A stretch of 64,000 nt of DNA from Ranitomeya imitator. Taxonomy: Eukaryota. The stretch covers positions 118,978,001-119,042,000 of the forward strand of contig NC_091290.1 in assembly GCF_032444005.1 (NCBI RefSeq). The letters run 5' to 3'. The position numbers and the translations under genes were made by a program. The notes beneath the pieces were generated by a model. The model was not told where the DNA came from. It ran no database searches and saw only the letters and a program-made list of their open reading frames with translations. Numbering within the stretch: position 1 is the stretch's first letter; every line of letters starts with the position of its first letter. Shown here one piece after another: positions 33,176-55,682 of this stretch.

Positions 33176-33479
33176 ATGCATTTTCTTCACTGCGGCATGT
33201 AGTCGGCGTGCCGGTGTCTCAGGTTATTATCACATCGTGCCACAAACTTGTGTGTTGCTTCACAATTGCATTGACCTAATCAGGAAAAAAAAAGTCCAGA
33301 ATGTTTCCTTTTATAAACTCTCAATAATTCAAGAAATTATATATTTACATGTAGCAAACCGTGCCTCGGGGCATGGTACGATCAGCGCAGTCTTATTAGC
33401 TCCACTCAAAGCCGGCAAACACACAGGAGGTCAATAAATCCGCATAAAAGGAACAATTAAAAAGTATGTGTCCAACTCG

Positions 33480-36400
33480 TCATTCATAGTACGCAAAAGC
33501 AAAGTCCCAGAATCCGCTGCGGTTGGGGCGATTGGCGTCTCGCTGTAGACTCCTATGGTTGATGTGTTTCACGAATCTCATGGTTTCTCTGTCTCTGTAC
33601 ACGAGGGCCAGGCAATTGTTCTCTGGATAGACCGTGAGGAGCTGAGAATAGACAAGTGCTTATTAATAAGGAGATGGAAGCCAATGCAAAATAATACTTA
33701 AAGTGATATTCCCAAAATATGGAAGTATTGATAACTAAGACCCCCTCAGAATCCCGAATATAGGGCTCTATAGCAGAGGTGCATTTGTTCAACCTTTACT
33801 CCATTCATTGTCTATGGGACTGCATAGCACTATGCTCTGATGTCCAGCAGTCCCATAGGCCACGAGTGCAGCCGCGGTCACCTCCACTCTCCCACGCATA
33901 GGGGTTAACTTTCAATTCTGGGAATACACCTAAAAGAAAGTTGTTGTTTTTTTTCTTTTCCTCAGTCCTGAATTTAAATCCTAATTCCCCCCCCAACAAT
34001 CTGTTACCTCTTCATCTTCCTCCTTGGCAATGTAAGAAGTGAATCCTCCATACTCTGGTTCCCACTCTAAATCGAAGAATAGTGAAATGTCAGAAGTTAC
34101 GCATTAGGCTACTTTCACACTAGCGTTTTCTGCAATCCGTCACAATGCGTCGTTTTGCAGAAAAAACGCATCCTGCAAAAGTGATTGCAGGATGCGTTTT
34201 TTCCCCATAGACTTGCATTGACGACGTATTTGCGACGGATTGCCACACGTCGCATCCGTCAAGCGGTAACGTTTTTTGCTCCTGACGGACCGCTTTTTCC
34301 GACCGCGCATGCGCGGCCGGAACTCCGCCCCCACCTCCCCGCACCTTACAATGGGGCAGCGGATGCGCCGGAGAAATGCATCCGCTGCCTCCATTGTGCA
34401 GAACGTTAAACGCTAGCGTCGGAGTCTCTCCCCGACGCATTGCGACGGGGAGATTCCGACGCTAGTGTGAAAGTAGCCTTAGGCCTCTTTCACACTTCCG
34501 TCGGTACGGGGCCGTCGCAATGCGTCGGGCCGACGTACTGACGCACGTTGTGAAAGTTTTGCACGACGTGGGCAGCAGATGCAGTTTTTTGACGCATCCA
34601 CTGCCCATTCTGCAGTCCGGGGAGGAGAGGACGGAGTTTCAGCCGCGCATGCACGTTCGAAAATGGCGGACGCGACGGACGAAAAAAAGTTACATTGAAC
34701 GTTTTTTTTGTGACGATAGTCCGCCAAAACACGACGGCTCCGTCGCACGACGGACGCGACGTGTGGCCATCCGTCGCTAATACAAGTCTATGGGCAAAAA
34801 ACGCATCCTGCGAGCACATTTGCAGGATCCGTTTTTTTTGCCCAAAACAACGGATTGCGACGGATGCCAAACGACGGATGTGTGAAAGAGGCCTTATGAA
34901 CAAAACATTTAACAGGGTCAGAAATCTTGTAAAAGATATTCGCCCATATAGAACTAAAGCTGTCGTACAGCAGCAGACATGAGGCCACAATTCTATATAC
35001 ACAGACATTATTACTATTATTTATATAGCCCCATTAATTCCATGGTGCTGTACATGTGAAAAGGGGTTACATACAGGGTTATAGATATCGTTAACAGTAA
35101 ACAAATTTACAGTGACAGACCGGTACAGAGGGGAGAGGACCCTGTCCTTGCGGACTTACATTCTTCAGGATAATGGGGAAGAGACAGGAGGTCGGGGTGC
35201 AGCAGCACTGGTGGTGGTGAGGCGGCAGGTCGGGTGAAGGTGAGGCGGCAGCGGCTCAGGTGGTGGTGAGGCGGCAGAATGGTTATTGCAGGCTGTAGGC
35301 TTTCCTGAAGAGATGGGTTTTCAGGTTCCGTCTGAAGGATCCGAGGGTTGTAGATAATCGGGCGTGTTGAGGTGTGGAATTCCAGAGGATGGGGGATATT
35401 CGGGAGAAATCTTGGAGGCGGTTGTGTGAGGAACGAATAAGTGTTGAGGAGAGAAGGAGGTCTTTCTTGGGAGGATCGAAGATTGCGTGAGGGAAGATAT
35501 TGGTAGATTACTTCAGAGATATAGGGAGGGGACAGGTTATGGATGGCTTTGTAGATCAGTGTTAGTAGTTTGAACTGGATTAGTTGGGGAATTGGGAGCC
35601 AGTGGAGGGATTTGCAGAGGGGAGAAACAGGGGAGTAGCGAGGAGAGAGGTGGATTAGCCGAGCAGCAGAGTTGAGGACAAACTGGAGTGGTGCAAGAGA
35701 GTTAGCGGGGAGGCCACAGAGGAGATGCAGTAATCGAGGCGGGAGATGATGAGGGCATGCACAAGAGATTTAGTAGATTGAGGGCTGACGAAGGGATGGA
35801 TTCTGGCAATATTTTTGAGTTGGAAGCGACAGGAGGTGGCAAGAGTTTGGACGTGTGGTTTGAAGGACAATTAAGAGTTACCCCGAGGCAGCGGATTTCA
35901 GGTGCGGGAGAGAGCGTGATGCCGTTTACTATAATAGATCAGGTAGGGGAGATACGCGAGATGGAGGAAAGATGATGAGCTCGGTTTTGTCTACATTGAG
36001 TTTTAGGAAGTGAGAGTTGAAGAAGGAGGATATGGCTGATAGACACTCCGGGATTGTGGACAGAAGAGAGGCGACATCCGACACACACACACACACACAC
36101 ACACACAGTACTGACCTTCACATCCACAGAACAACAGAAGGTCGAGAGCCAACTCCTGCCACTCAGGATCTTGGTCATGTATCATGGTGTAGTTCCCATG
36201 CTTCCAATGCCTCAGTTCTCCAGTGCATGTCGGGACCTTGCCACCTTTAAAAAAGGGAAAAAGATAGAAATGAGGAAACAAAAAAAAAAAAATTTATATA
36301 TATAATTTTTTTTTTTTTTTTCAATAATGGTTAAGTTCTTCAGCTAATATTATTTGTTGTAGTTCCCAAACACATTAGATGGTTTGTAGATCCTATATGG

Positions 36401-39400
36401 GGGACTCAAAAGGTGTTGCACCAAGTTTGAGAGTTATCCGCTCACCACAGATATCCATTGGCAGCGCACATGATCAACCACCATTCACATGAGGCTCTTC
36501 AGATCCCCATTCTCAGCAGTAGTGGATGTCTCGGCAATAGGAAAGCCATCCTCTAACCCCAGGAGAGGGCAATTCATTTTCCTGAGGGGCCACATGAGAC
36601 AGTTACTGTTGTGTAGGCCGAACTAATAGGCTGAAATTAATCCTGCTCAATATTAAATATAAAATGTCACTTAATATTGAGCAGTATCAAGTATGCAAAC
36701 ATCCCCCTATATACCGTATGAGTCCCCACACAATCCCCTATATACATGCTCATATATGTAAAAACCAAACAACACACACACACACACACACACACACTTT
36801 GCTGCCGTTCCCCCGATGCTCTCTCCGTACAGCAGACACACTGAACTGATGGCGTTGCATCTGCTGCACACGCTGACTGGTGGAAGAAGCAGCTGACAGC
36901 CCCGTCCTCCACCAATGTATTTACCATGCGGTGACAGTAGGCGGCGGCGGGCGAGGGCATTGTGCGGCCTGTGGGCCATGGTTTCAGCCCTGCTGCTGAC
37001 TCGGTCCACACGTCGCAGTTTTACCAGCTCTGCTCTAACCCATGTATTGGGGATAACTTCCAAACTTGCCCTTCAACCCCTTACAGACATTGAACGTACC
37101 GATACATCCCATTTTCCAGTGACTTCCCAACATTGGACATAGCGGTACGTCCGAACTCATATAGGCAAAAGAGCGGGGCCTACATGATCGGCTTTTAACC
37201 CTTTTAACTTACTGAGAAAAGAAAAAATTAAGTGTTGATGTGAAGTAGACATGTGGGAAATGTTCGTTACACCACACAAGATAGATCATAAATATCTGCT
37301 TTAAGGGAGTAAAAACAAATTTTGTGTCACATTTTCGACACAACGGCCTCCACCTCAGACGCCAACCTAGGATGGCACGTTCATGCACACACCTTCTGAC
37401 TGAGCTGAAGGGTCCGCCGGCCCCGCTCCATGTCTTCGCATCAAGGACTTTGTATTGTCTCCAGAGGAACCTTCACCTTCATCAGAGTCTTCGTTGTCTG
37501 GAGCCAAGAAATGCAGTTTCAGACCAGTCAGGTTGGAGAGAAACAGGAAGAAAGCCTCAGATCGCAGAAGGTCCATACAGGCGGATAGCACTTCGGGTAT
37601 TTCGCCTTTTGCCTTCTTATAACATCTAGATGACAGAGGTAATGGAAGTGGAGTTAAAAAACAAAACTAAACAAAACCAGAATCTAATAATTCCGTCACC
37701 TTCTGTTGGGAGGACCGAGCAGCTCCCAATCTATGTGGTGGGTCTCCAGAGCTGCACACACAGCGCCGAACTTCTCCTCCTAAAAACCAGACAAGAATAG
37801 TTTTTACCTCAGTTCCTTTATTTTTCAACCGTTAATGGATATCCCAAATCGTTCATCCCTCAAATCCTACTTTCCTGGGACCCAAATGTGAAGCTCTCTA
37901 GTGTTCTCCTCGCCTGCACCATGACACTGAGTAGTATCATAAAACTACATTTATATAACATTAAGAACTCCATCTGCTGGGTGCAGTGGTATATAGCAGG
38001 TGCCGTGGGCATCACGCCATGGGAAATGCCTTTAAAAGGGGTTTTCCTGGTTTCTGAAAACCCTATTTGGCTGCAGCGCTGCAGAGAATAATAGAATCCA
38101 GGAGCAGCAGTGAAGACTCAGCGCTGGATCCAAAGAGGGTGAGTAAAGCGTAGTTTTTTGTTTTTTTTTCTTCCTGACACTGGAAAAACACCCATTAAAC
38201 TGGAGGCAATGCTAGAGAAAGAGTAGAGTAAGCATTCAACTGGTAAGACATATTTTTGCACGATGAGTTTGGGATGACGGACTCAGTGGACAGTCTGGGC
38301 AATGCTCCACGGAGGAAAAATGTACATGTTAGTAGGCGCCCAAAAGAAAAAACTTTTGCTACTTCAACCCAGAGTAGGATAACATTAGGGATACATCTTG
38401 GGGACACCAGGGTAGTGTAACCGCTAGCATTAGGCAACGTTCAACCTGGATCTCCGATGAAAGGTCACCATGTTTCATGGAATTTGCCTTCTGCAGAGGA
38501 CGTCAGGTTCTCCAGATCCATGGCATTAAAAAGAGAGATTGAGGGATAATCATTTTTCAACCAAAGCGGAATACATCCAAGCTGCCATCACCAGGTGCTG
38601 GAGTAGCGATGAAGAGGCAACTGCTCCAGACCAAGGTCCAATGCAAGAGATGTAACCCTGTGTATCACCTGCTGAACGTTCCTCCAAAAAGAGAAAATTT
38701 TGCATGCCCCGGTATTAAGACAGGTCCCCTGCTAACAGCCACATCTCCAGCATACAGGATCTCTGGCATGAGGGCATGGTGTTCTGTACAGCAGCACTTT
38801 ATCACCTGCGTCTGGAAATATTGAGCTAGAGGAAGATTCGTGTACCAGTCTTCCCTGGCCTGGAACTGACTCCAGTCCTAAATTGGCTTCTCCTTGCAAT
38901 AAACACATAGGAAGGGATTGGCCTGATGGAGATTGTGAAAGAAGAATAATTCTGGATAAAGAGTGACAAATCAGGCCTGACCTGTACAAGCCACCTCAAA
39001 GGGAAGGGGGTTTCTAAAGTGCCTACATAGTCACCACATAGGGCCCCAGGTATGAAATATATTAGGACATCGGACTATTTCCAATTTATTCACAGCACTC
39101 AGATAAACCTTAAGAAATTCTTTCAAAGAAATTTCCGACGAGTCTTCAAATTCCTCTTGAATCTGTGATTGATACTCGAATGACAGGTACGCGGGATTTA
39201 TCCACTCATACAGGATTTCATGCTATGGAGGAAAGGAGAAAAAGACAAAAGTTAGTTTTTTTTTTTCTAAAGTTTTCTAAATGGGCTCCAGAGCAACGTT
39301 CCATTATTACATCAAGAGGGATGTGGGGATTTCGGATAGGTGCAGGGTCCAGACACCGTGGGGGGCGCGCCAAAGAGGATCCGTGAAACCATCCACTGAC

Positions 39401-42400
39401 TGAAAGACGACATTTATCCTCGGATAACACTTCAGAAACCTGAAAAATCAGAAATAGGCTCCAGAACAAAAAAAATAGTCTGGAGGTAAGGGAGGAAAAG
39501 GAAGTGGGAAATTGCATTTCCTACCTGATGGAAGGAGACAGGAGAGACCTCAAAGAAAACCAACGTGTTACAAGACGGAACAAGAGACTTTACAATAGAT
39601 CCGGGTTGTGTCCTGTCTGGGAAAGAATGACAGGTGGGCAGAGTATACATCAGTCAGCCATGATGGAGTCATCAGTACTCTCCCTATAAAAACAGCGCTC
39701 CTCAAAACCCTCCAATATAATGGGGACATTCCTGTACAGAGCCGAAATAGGTGAGCAGGAATACCAGGGAGAAAACGGCATGGAGTGTTCTTTAGGAATT
39801 TTCCTCCTACGAACGTGGAATATTTATTTATTTTTAACAAGTTACCACCGTGCAACTTGGCTCGATATTCTGGGGTAGTCAAACCTATAGAATTCTGCAT
39901 CCATTGTCCAGCCAAACCCCAGGGAAGCTGTAAGGTTTAGTGAAGAGTGACCACCTGAACCCTCATCATTATGTGTGGGCCTTATGACAGGATGCGTTAG
40001 GAAAGTCCTGTTATCTTCAGACTGATGGAAATAGTAGGAGTCAAAAACCCTGAAAAAACACATGTCAACGATGGAACCCCAATGAAAGCGTAATCTTTAT
40101 TAGAGGGAATTAAAGGCAACATACTGCATAAATGTACATGGAAAGGGAGGGACCTCCAGGGGGTCTCCTTAAGTAGGTAACTAGTTGTAACCGCAAGTAT
40201 CTGATGTAGGTAGGAAAGCTACAAAAACACAAACAACCTGTGGATAAAAGTCTCAGATCAATCAGGGAAGGGGAGACGTACCGTCAGTGCTGTACAGGTC
40301 CAGAGTCCCCCCGTCTGCCTCGGACCACTCCGGAGCCAGATACAGGATAAAAGCAAATCTCCTCCCTTCCAGTTCATCATCGTGACACAGTAGAGTGTCT
40401 GAAAGAACAGACGTTTTATATGAGAGGGTAAAAAAAAAAAAAAAGGAAGGGGAAACAAAGGCAACACTTACCTGTGTAGTTGTACTGCGCACACGATATG
40501 TCCACAGTTGTCTCCAGCTTCACCCCTGTCACTTCTGATAGCCATTGACGAAAATCTACAAACAGGACGTCCCTGGAACAAGATTGTGACCAAGCAAATT
40601 ACATCACTAGGAAGAAATGTGCACAAAAAGCAACGAGGATGAAGATACATTAATCAATGGGGTACCCCAAATATAGGCATATATGCCATTATCCAGAGAT
40701 AAATGCTGGGAATGCCAAGTACCAAACACAGAGGGGTGCAAAATCTCCTCATTGGCAATCCAAGGAGGCCAAACAGCACAGAGAGGAGGAGATAAAGTGG
40801 AGGCAGCACTGGACACCAACACTGGCCACAATGGAGTGCTGTAGATGTGTCGATAAGAAGAATGCTTCTTTGATTTAGAAAAGAAAAGCAGTTATCAGTA
40901 ACAAAGATCTCCAATATATCAAATAGTCGCCTCACCGTAGAGCACTGATGTGCGGCTCCTTTCTGCTCTTCAGATCCTCAGACTGTAAAACAAGAGATTC
41001 ATTTAAGGAAAAAGGAGTCTGTAATTCATTTATAAGACTTCACCCTTTGCGTTAGGGCATTCTTCCCATACATTCCTAAAATTATTTATGTATTAATCAA
41101 GGGACAAAATGAGGTTGTCTTTTCAGCACTGTTGCGCTATGAATAGGTGTATTGGTGCGAGACCTCCACAGAACACATTATCAGTCTTAGTGGCCAAAAT
41201 TGCACTCTTTAATTGTCACTGTTCCTGTAAGGGTACATTCACATTCGCGTCTTTGGACGCAGCGTCGTCGCTGCAAAACAACGCATGCGTCATGCGTCCC
41301 TATCTTTAACATTGGGGACGCAAGGGCATGCGTTGTCATGCGTTTTGGTGCGTTTCGCGACGCATGCGTCGTTTCGACGCACATGCCAGGGCGCGGCAAA
41401 CGCAACATGTTGCATTTTTTCTGCGTACAAAATTTTTTAAAAAACGCATGCGTCGCACTTGCGTCGTCGATGCGTCAAAAACCCCATTGAAGTGTATTGG
41501 CAACGCAGAAGACGCAAGTACTTGCGTTGTTGTGCATTGTATGACGCATGCGTTCTTGTATAGACGGTGTCTAGACACTGAAAAGACCCTATATATATAT
41601 ATATATATAAAAAAAAAAGGTTGAACGCAAGCGTCAAAAAAGCCTGCGTTTTACATGCGTCTTTCGTGCGTCGCGTAAGCGACGCTGCGTCCAAAGACGC
41701 GAATGTGAACGTAGCCTAAGTGAGTCCAGTGACAGCTATTGTAATTCTTTATGCAAACTATTCATAAAAAAATAAATACAAATATTGCAATATTCAGTTT
41801 GGCCATGAGATGGCAGCACGCCCTGATCAACAGGAAATATTATTACTAACATAATAATAAATAAAAAACATGACAAATCGGGTGAAAAACCTGCTCTACT
41901 CAATGCTGGTACCTGTTGGAATTTGTACAGATCATTGGATTTTTCATGGAACATCAAGTCCAGCAATTCTTCCTTTAACCCATCAAGAAACGTGGAGTTC
42001 TCGATGAAGGAATGGATGATGCAATGCTGGAAGGGTACGGAGTCCACGACAACAGGGCCTAAAAGAAATCAATCAGAAATCAATGCAGAATGCTGGTCAG
42101 GCTCTTCTGATGAAGTTTCAAGAAATGGAGAACGCTGTGGACCGTAGATGCAGTGATTGGCCAAGGAAACTTAGTGCAGCAGACGAAAGACACCATGCAT
42201 CAAGATGGGAAGATGCCCAGCAGTGCCATCAGCTCAGAGCTGGGAAGATGCCCAGCAGTGCCATCAGCTCAGAGCTGGGAAGATGCCCAGCAGTGCCATC
42301 AGCTCAGAGCTGGGAAGATGCCCAGCAGTGCCATCAGCTCAGAGCTGGGAAGATGCCCAGCAGTGCCATCAGCTCAGAGCTGGGAAGATGCCCAGCAGTG

Positions 42401-42852
42401 CCATCAGCTCAGAGCTGGGAAGATGCCCAGCAGTGCCATCAGCTCAGAGCTGGGAAGATGCCCAGCAGTGCCATCAGCTCAGAGCTGGGAAGATGCCCAG
42501 CAGTGCCATCAGCTCAGAGCTGGGAAGATGCCCAGCAGTGCCATCAGCTCAGAGCTGGCAGCAACCTAGAGGAACCAAACTACTCCCATCTACTGTGTGT
42601 AAAGAAAAAAGAAATACATATATATATAATTATAAACTTGAAAAAGCTCGGACTTGTCCTTCAGGCTCAGGCTGCAGCACACACGTGCTCCCACTCACCA
42701 CAGCTGGCAGCCGCTCTCTTCTCCCAGGCTCTCCGGGCCTCCTCACGTCCGGCTTGTCCCCTCAGGGCAGCTGACAGCTCTGCCCTCGCCGCCAGCCTGC
42801 CCTTCTTACTCCCTCCGCCTTGCTGGACTATCTGTCGCCGCTTTCCGCTCAT
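33480..42852 (-). CDS. OGFOD1: 2-oxoglutarate/Fe(II)-dependent prolyl 3-hydroxylase OGFOD1 (Tpa1 homologue), complete, 13 coding exons, 520 aa
   Basis: Exons in transcript order: 42699-42852, 41913-42058, 40936-40982, 40472-40572, 40282-40398, 39525-39616, 39311-39439, 39109-39222, 37700-37779, 37393-37625, 36116-36244, 34008-34066, 33480-33641 (TGA). All are GT-AG; total 1563 nt. The HxD motif ([12 protein letters not shown]), distal His (SFHQV) and 2OG-binding Arg (CRLSVSGW) are intact; the protein ends [11 protein letters not shown]. The exon 10 donor (37393) is the least certain boundary. Confidence 0.96.
34107..34478. mobile_element. PIF/Harbinger-type MITE
   Basis: TIR GGCTACTTTCACACTAGCGT / ACGCTAGTGTGAAAGTAGCC; TTA TSDs at 34104-34106 and 34479-34481. 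Confidence 0.9.
34482..34893. mobile_element. PIF/Harbinger-type MITE (second subfamily)
   Basis: TIR GGCCTCTTTCACAC / GTGTGAAAGAGGCC; TTA at 34479-34481 and 34894-34896. Confidence 0.9.
35007..36008 (-). mobile_element. L2 (CR1-group) LINE 3' fragment in OGFOD1 intron 11
   Basis: Minus ORF remnant ...[16 protein letters not shown] (35655-35870) is homologous to 49032-49559; (TAA)n-like tail at about 35007-35025. Confidence 0.88.
36081..36106. repeat. (CA)n microsatellite (a second one lies at about 36772-36796)
   Basis: About 13 AC units, starting 10 bp from the OGFOD1 exon 11 donor. Confidence 0.95.
38036..38194. mobile_element. Short deletion derivative of the T2-like MITE family
   Basis: TTAA on both sides; shares CCAGGAGCAG...GGGTGAGTAAAG with 19102-19504. 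Confidence 0.6.
38250..39050 (-). mobile_element. Possible highly decayed DIRS-like fragment in OGFOD1 intron 8
   Basis: Minus-strand translation fragments (LPMCLLQ...GRLVHES) loosely resemble the MT region of the DIRS elements. Judged by eye only. Confidence 0.3.
41231..41716. mobile_element. PIF/Harbinger-type palindromic MITE in OGFOD1 intron 2
   Basis: 37-bp TIRs GG(G/C)TAC(A/G)TTCACATTCGCGTCTTTGGACGCAGCGTCG with 2 mismatches; TAA TSDs at 41228-41230 and 41717-41719. Confidence 0.92.
42204..42558. repeat. 35-bp minisatellite, 10 near-perfect units, OGFOD1 intron 1
   Basis: Unit GCTGGGAAGATGCCCAGCAGTGCCATCAGCTCAGA; only unit 1 differs, by 1 nt. Confidence 0.98.
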
Positions 42853-43033
42853 TTCTATTGCAAAAAGAACTCTAATAAAAAGCTCTTCTCCAGAACTACA
42901 ATTCCCATGATTCCCCCCACAAAGCGTCGCAGCGTTATGACAACTTCCGGCCTCAACCGGAAGTGGCGCTCCCGCATTCAGCGCTCTCGTTGTTCTGCTC
43001 CTTAGCGCCGGGAATCTGTTTGGGGGCAGCAGG
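42853..43033. promoter_or_regulatory. Bidirectional GC-rich promoter shared by OGFOD1 and NUDT21
   Basis: The divergent ATGs are 181 bp apart. ZNF143/Staf motif ACTACAATTCCCA at 42895-42907. Inverted ETS/GABP pair ACTTCCGG (42943-42950) and CCGGAAGT (42957-42964). Confidence 0.85.
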
Positions 43034-52950
<9,917 letters not shown>

Positions 52951-53514
52951 TGGTGGCGAGAGCCGGGTGCCATGGTGCGGGGGAGCAGTCTCTGTGAGAT
53001 CAGCTTTATCATGCGGGGGGCCGAGGCGGAATCATTGTTGTTCCTGGCGTTGACCTGACTTGCTGCTGTGACAGAAGATAGACTGTGGCGACGTACAGCA
53101 GTGACATGTGTTATTGATATTAATTTTTTTTCCATGTATCATTGTGCTTTTTTTGTTGTTTTTTTTTTAACCATTAAACAGATTTTTTTTTTTTCCTCCG
53201 TCTGTCACTTTGTGGCCAAATATGGTAAAATCTTCAGGAAGTCCAATGACCCCCCCCCAGGAGAGAACGTAATCAACGGGGGTTTATATTAGTAATTATA
53301 ACCACTCCAGGGAATGTAGATGTCCCTGGAAATGGTGGTCGCCCAGATAAAGATGCTTTGGTCATTAAAAAAAAAACCTGTAAGGGAGAAAAGTGGAGCC
53401 AATTTATACAGAAGGAACAAGGCCAAAAGAATGGTCATGACCTAGATGTGAGTGGGGTCATTGGTCAAGGCCATGTTCATAGGGCTGGCAGAAAACTGTG
53501 CTTTACATCCGCCA

Positions 53515-55682
53515 GGGGTCGGCCCTGATCGGCCATATGGGGATCGGCCCCTAAACAACCATATATTGGGGGTCGGCCCCTGATTGACCATATATTGGGG
53601 GTCGGCCCCTGATTGACCATATATTGGGGGTCGGCCCCTGATTGACCATATATTGGGGGTCGGGCCCTGATTGACCATATATTGGGGGTCGGGCCCTGAT
53701 TGACCATATATTGGGAGTCGGGCCCTGATTGACCATATATTGGGAGTCGGGCCCTGATTGACCATATATTGGGGGTCGGGCCCCGATTGACCATATATTG
53801 GGGGTCGGGCCCCGATTGACCATATATTGGGGGTCGGGCCCCGATTGACCATATATTGGGGGTCGGGCCCCGATTGACCATATATTGGGGGTCGGCCCCT
53901 GATTGACCATATATTGGGGGTCGGCCCCTGATTGACCAAATATTGGGGTCAGGCCCTGATTGACCATATATTGGGAGTCGGGCCCCGATTGACCATATAT
54001 TGGGGGTCGGGCCCCGATTGACCATATATTGGGGGTCGGGCCCCGATTGACCATATATTGGGGGTCGGGCCCCGATTGACCATATATTGGGGGTCGAGCC
54101 CCGATTGACCATATATTGGGGTCGGGCCCCGATTGACCATATATTGGGGTCGGGCTCCGATTGACCATATATTGGGAGTCGGGCCCTGATTGACCATATA
54201 TTGGGGGTCGGGCCCTGATTGACCATATATTGGGGGTCGGGCCCTGATTGACCATATATTGGGGGTCGGGCCCTGATTGACCATATATTGGGAGTCGGGC
54301 CCTGATTGACCATATATTGGGAGTCGGGCCCTGATTGACCATATATTGGGGGTCGGGCCCCGATTGACCATATATTGGGGGTCGGGCCCCGATTGACCAT
54401 ATATTGGGGGTCGGGCCCCGATTGACCATATATTGGGGGTCGGGCCCCGATTGACCATATATTGGGGTCGGGCCCCGATTGACCATATATTGGGGTCGGG
54501 CTCTGATTGACCATATATTGGGAGTCGGGCCCCGATTGACCATATATTGGGGGTCGGGCCCCGATTGACCATATATTGGGGGTCGGGCCCCGATTGACCA
54601 TATATTGGGGGTCGGGCCCTGATTGACCATATATTGGGAGTCGGGCCCTGATTGACCATATATTGGGGGTCGGGCCCTGATTGACCATATATAGGGGGTC
54701 GGCCCTGATCGACTATATGGGGGTCGGGCCCTGATTGACCATATATTGGGGTTGGGCCCTGATTGACCATATATTGGGGGTCGGGCCGTGATTGACCATA
54801 TATTGCGAGTTGGGCCCTGATTGACCATATATTGGGGGTCGGGCCCCGATTGACCATATATTGGGGGTCGGGCCCCGATTGACCATATATTGGGGGTCGG
54901 GCCCCGATTGACCATATATTGGGGGTCGGGCCCCGATTGACCATATATTGGGGGTCGGGCCCCGATTGACCATATATTGGGAGTCGGGCCCCGATTGACC
55001 ATATATTGGGGGTCGGGCCCTGATTGACCATATATTGGGGGTCGGGCCCTGATTGACCATATATTGGGAGTCGGGCCCTGATTGACCATATATTGGGAGT
55101 CGGGCCCTGATTGACCATATATTGGGGGTCGGGCCCTGATTGACCATATATAGGGGGTCGGCCCTGATCGACTATATGGGGGTCGGGCCCTGATTGACCA
55201 TATATTGGGGTCGGGCCGTGATTGACCATATATTGGGGGTCGGGCCGTGATTGACCATATATTGCGAGTTGGGCCCCGATTGACCATATATTGGGGGTCG
55301 GGCCCCGATTGACCATATATTGGGGGTCGGGCCCCGATTGACCATATATTGGGGGTCGGGCCCCGATTGACCATATATTGGGGGTCGGGCCCCGATTGAC
55401 CATATATTGGGGGTCGGGCCCCGATTGACCATATATTGGGGGTCGGGCCCCGATTGACCATATATTGGGGGTCGGGCCCCGATTGACCATATATTGGGGG
55501 TCGGGCCCCGATTGACCATATATTGGGGGTCGGGCCCCGATTGACCATATATTGGGGGTCGGGCCCCGATTGACCATATATTGGGGGTCGGGCCCCGATT
55601 GACCATATATTGGGGGTCGGGCCCCGATTGACCATATATTGCGGGTCGGGCCCTGATTGACCATATATGTGGGTCGGCCCTG
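53515..55682. repeat. 29-bp minisatellite, about 75 units, downstream of the NUDT21 stop codon
   Basis: Unit GATTGACCATATATTGGGGGTCGGGCCCC, with 28-bp and single-base variants. Confidence 0.99.

Noticed and set aside
42083-42910. 275-aa + strand ORF
   Set aside because: Made of the 35-bp array plus the antisense of OGFOD1 exon 1.
53560-55680. SRF CArG boxes in the 29-bp unit
   Set aside because: CCATATATTGG has 7 A/T between CC and GG, not the required 6.
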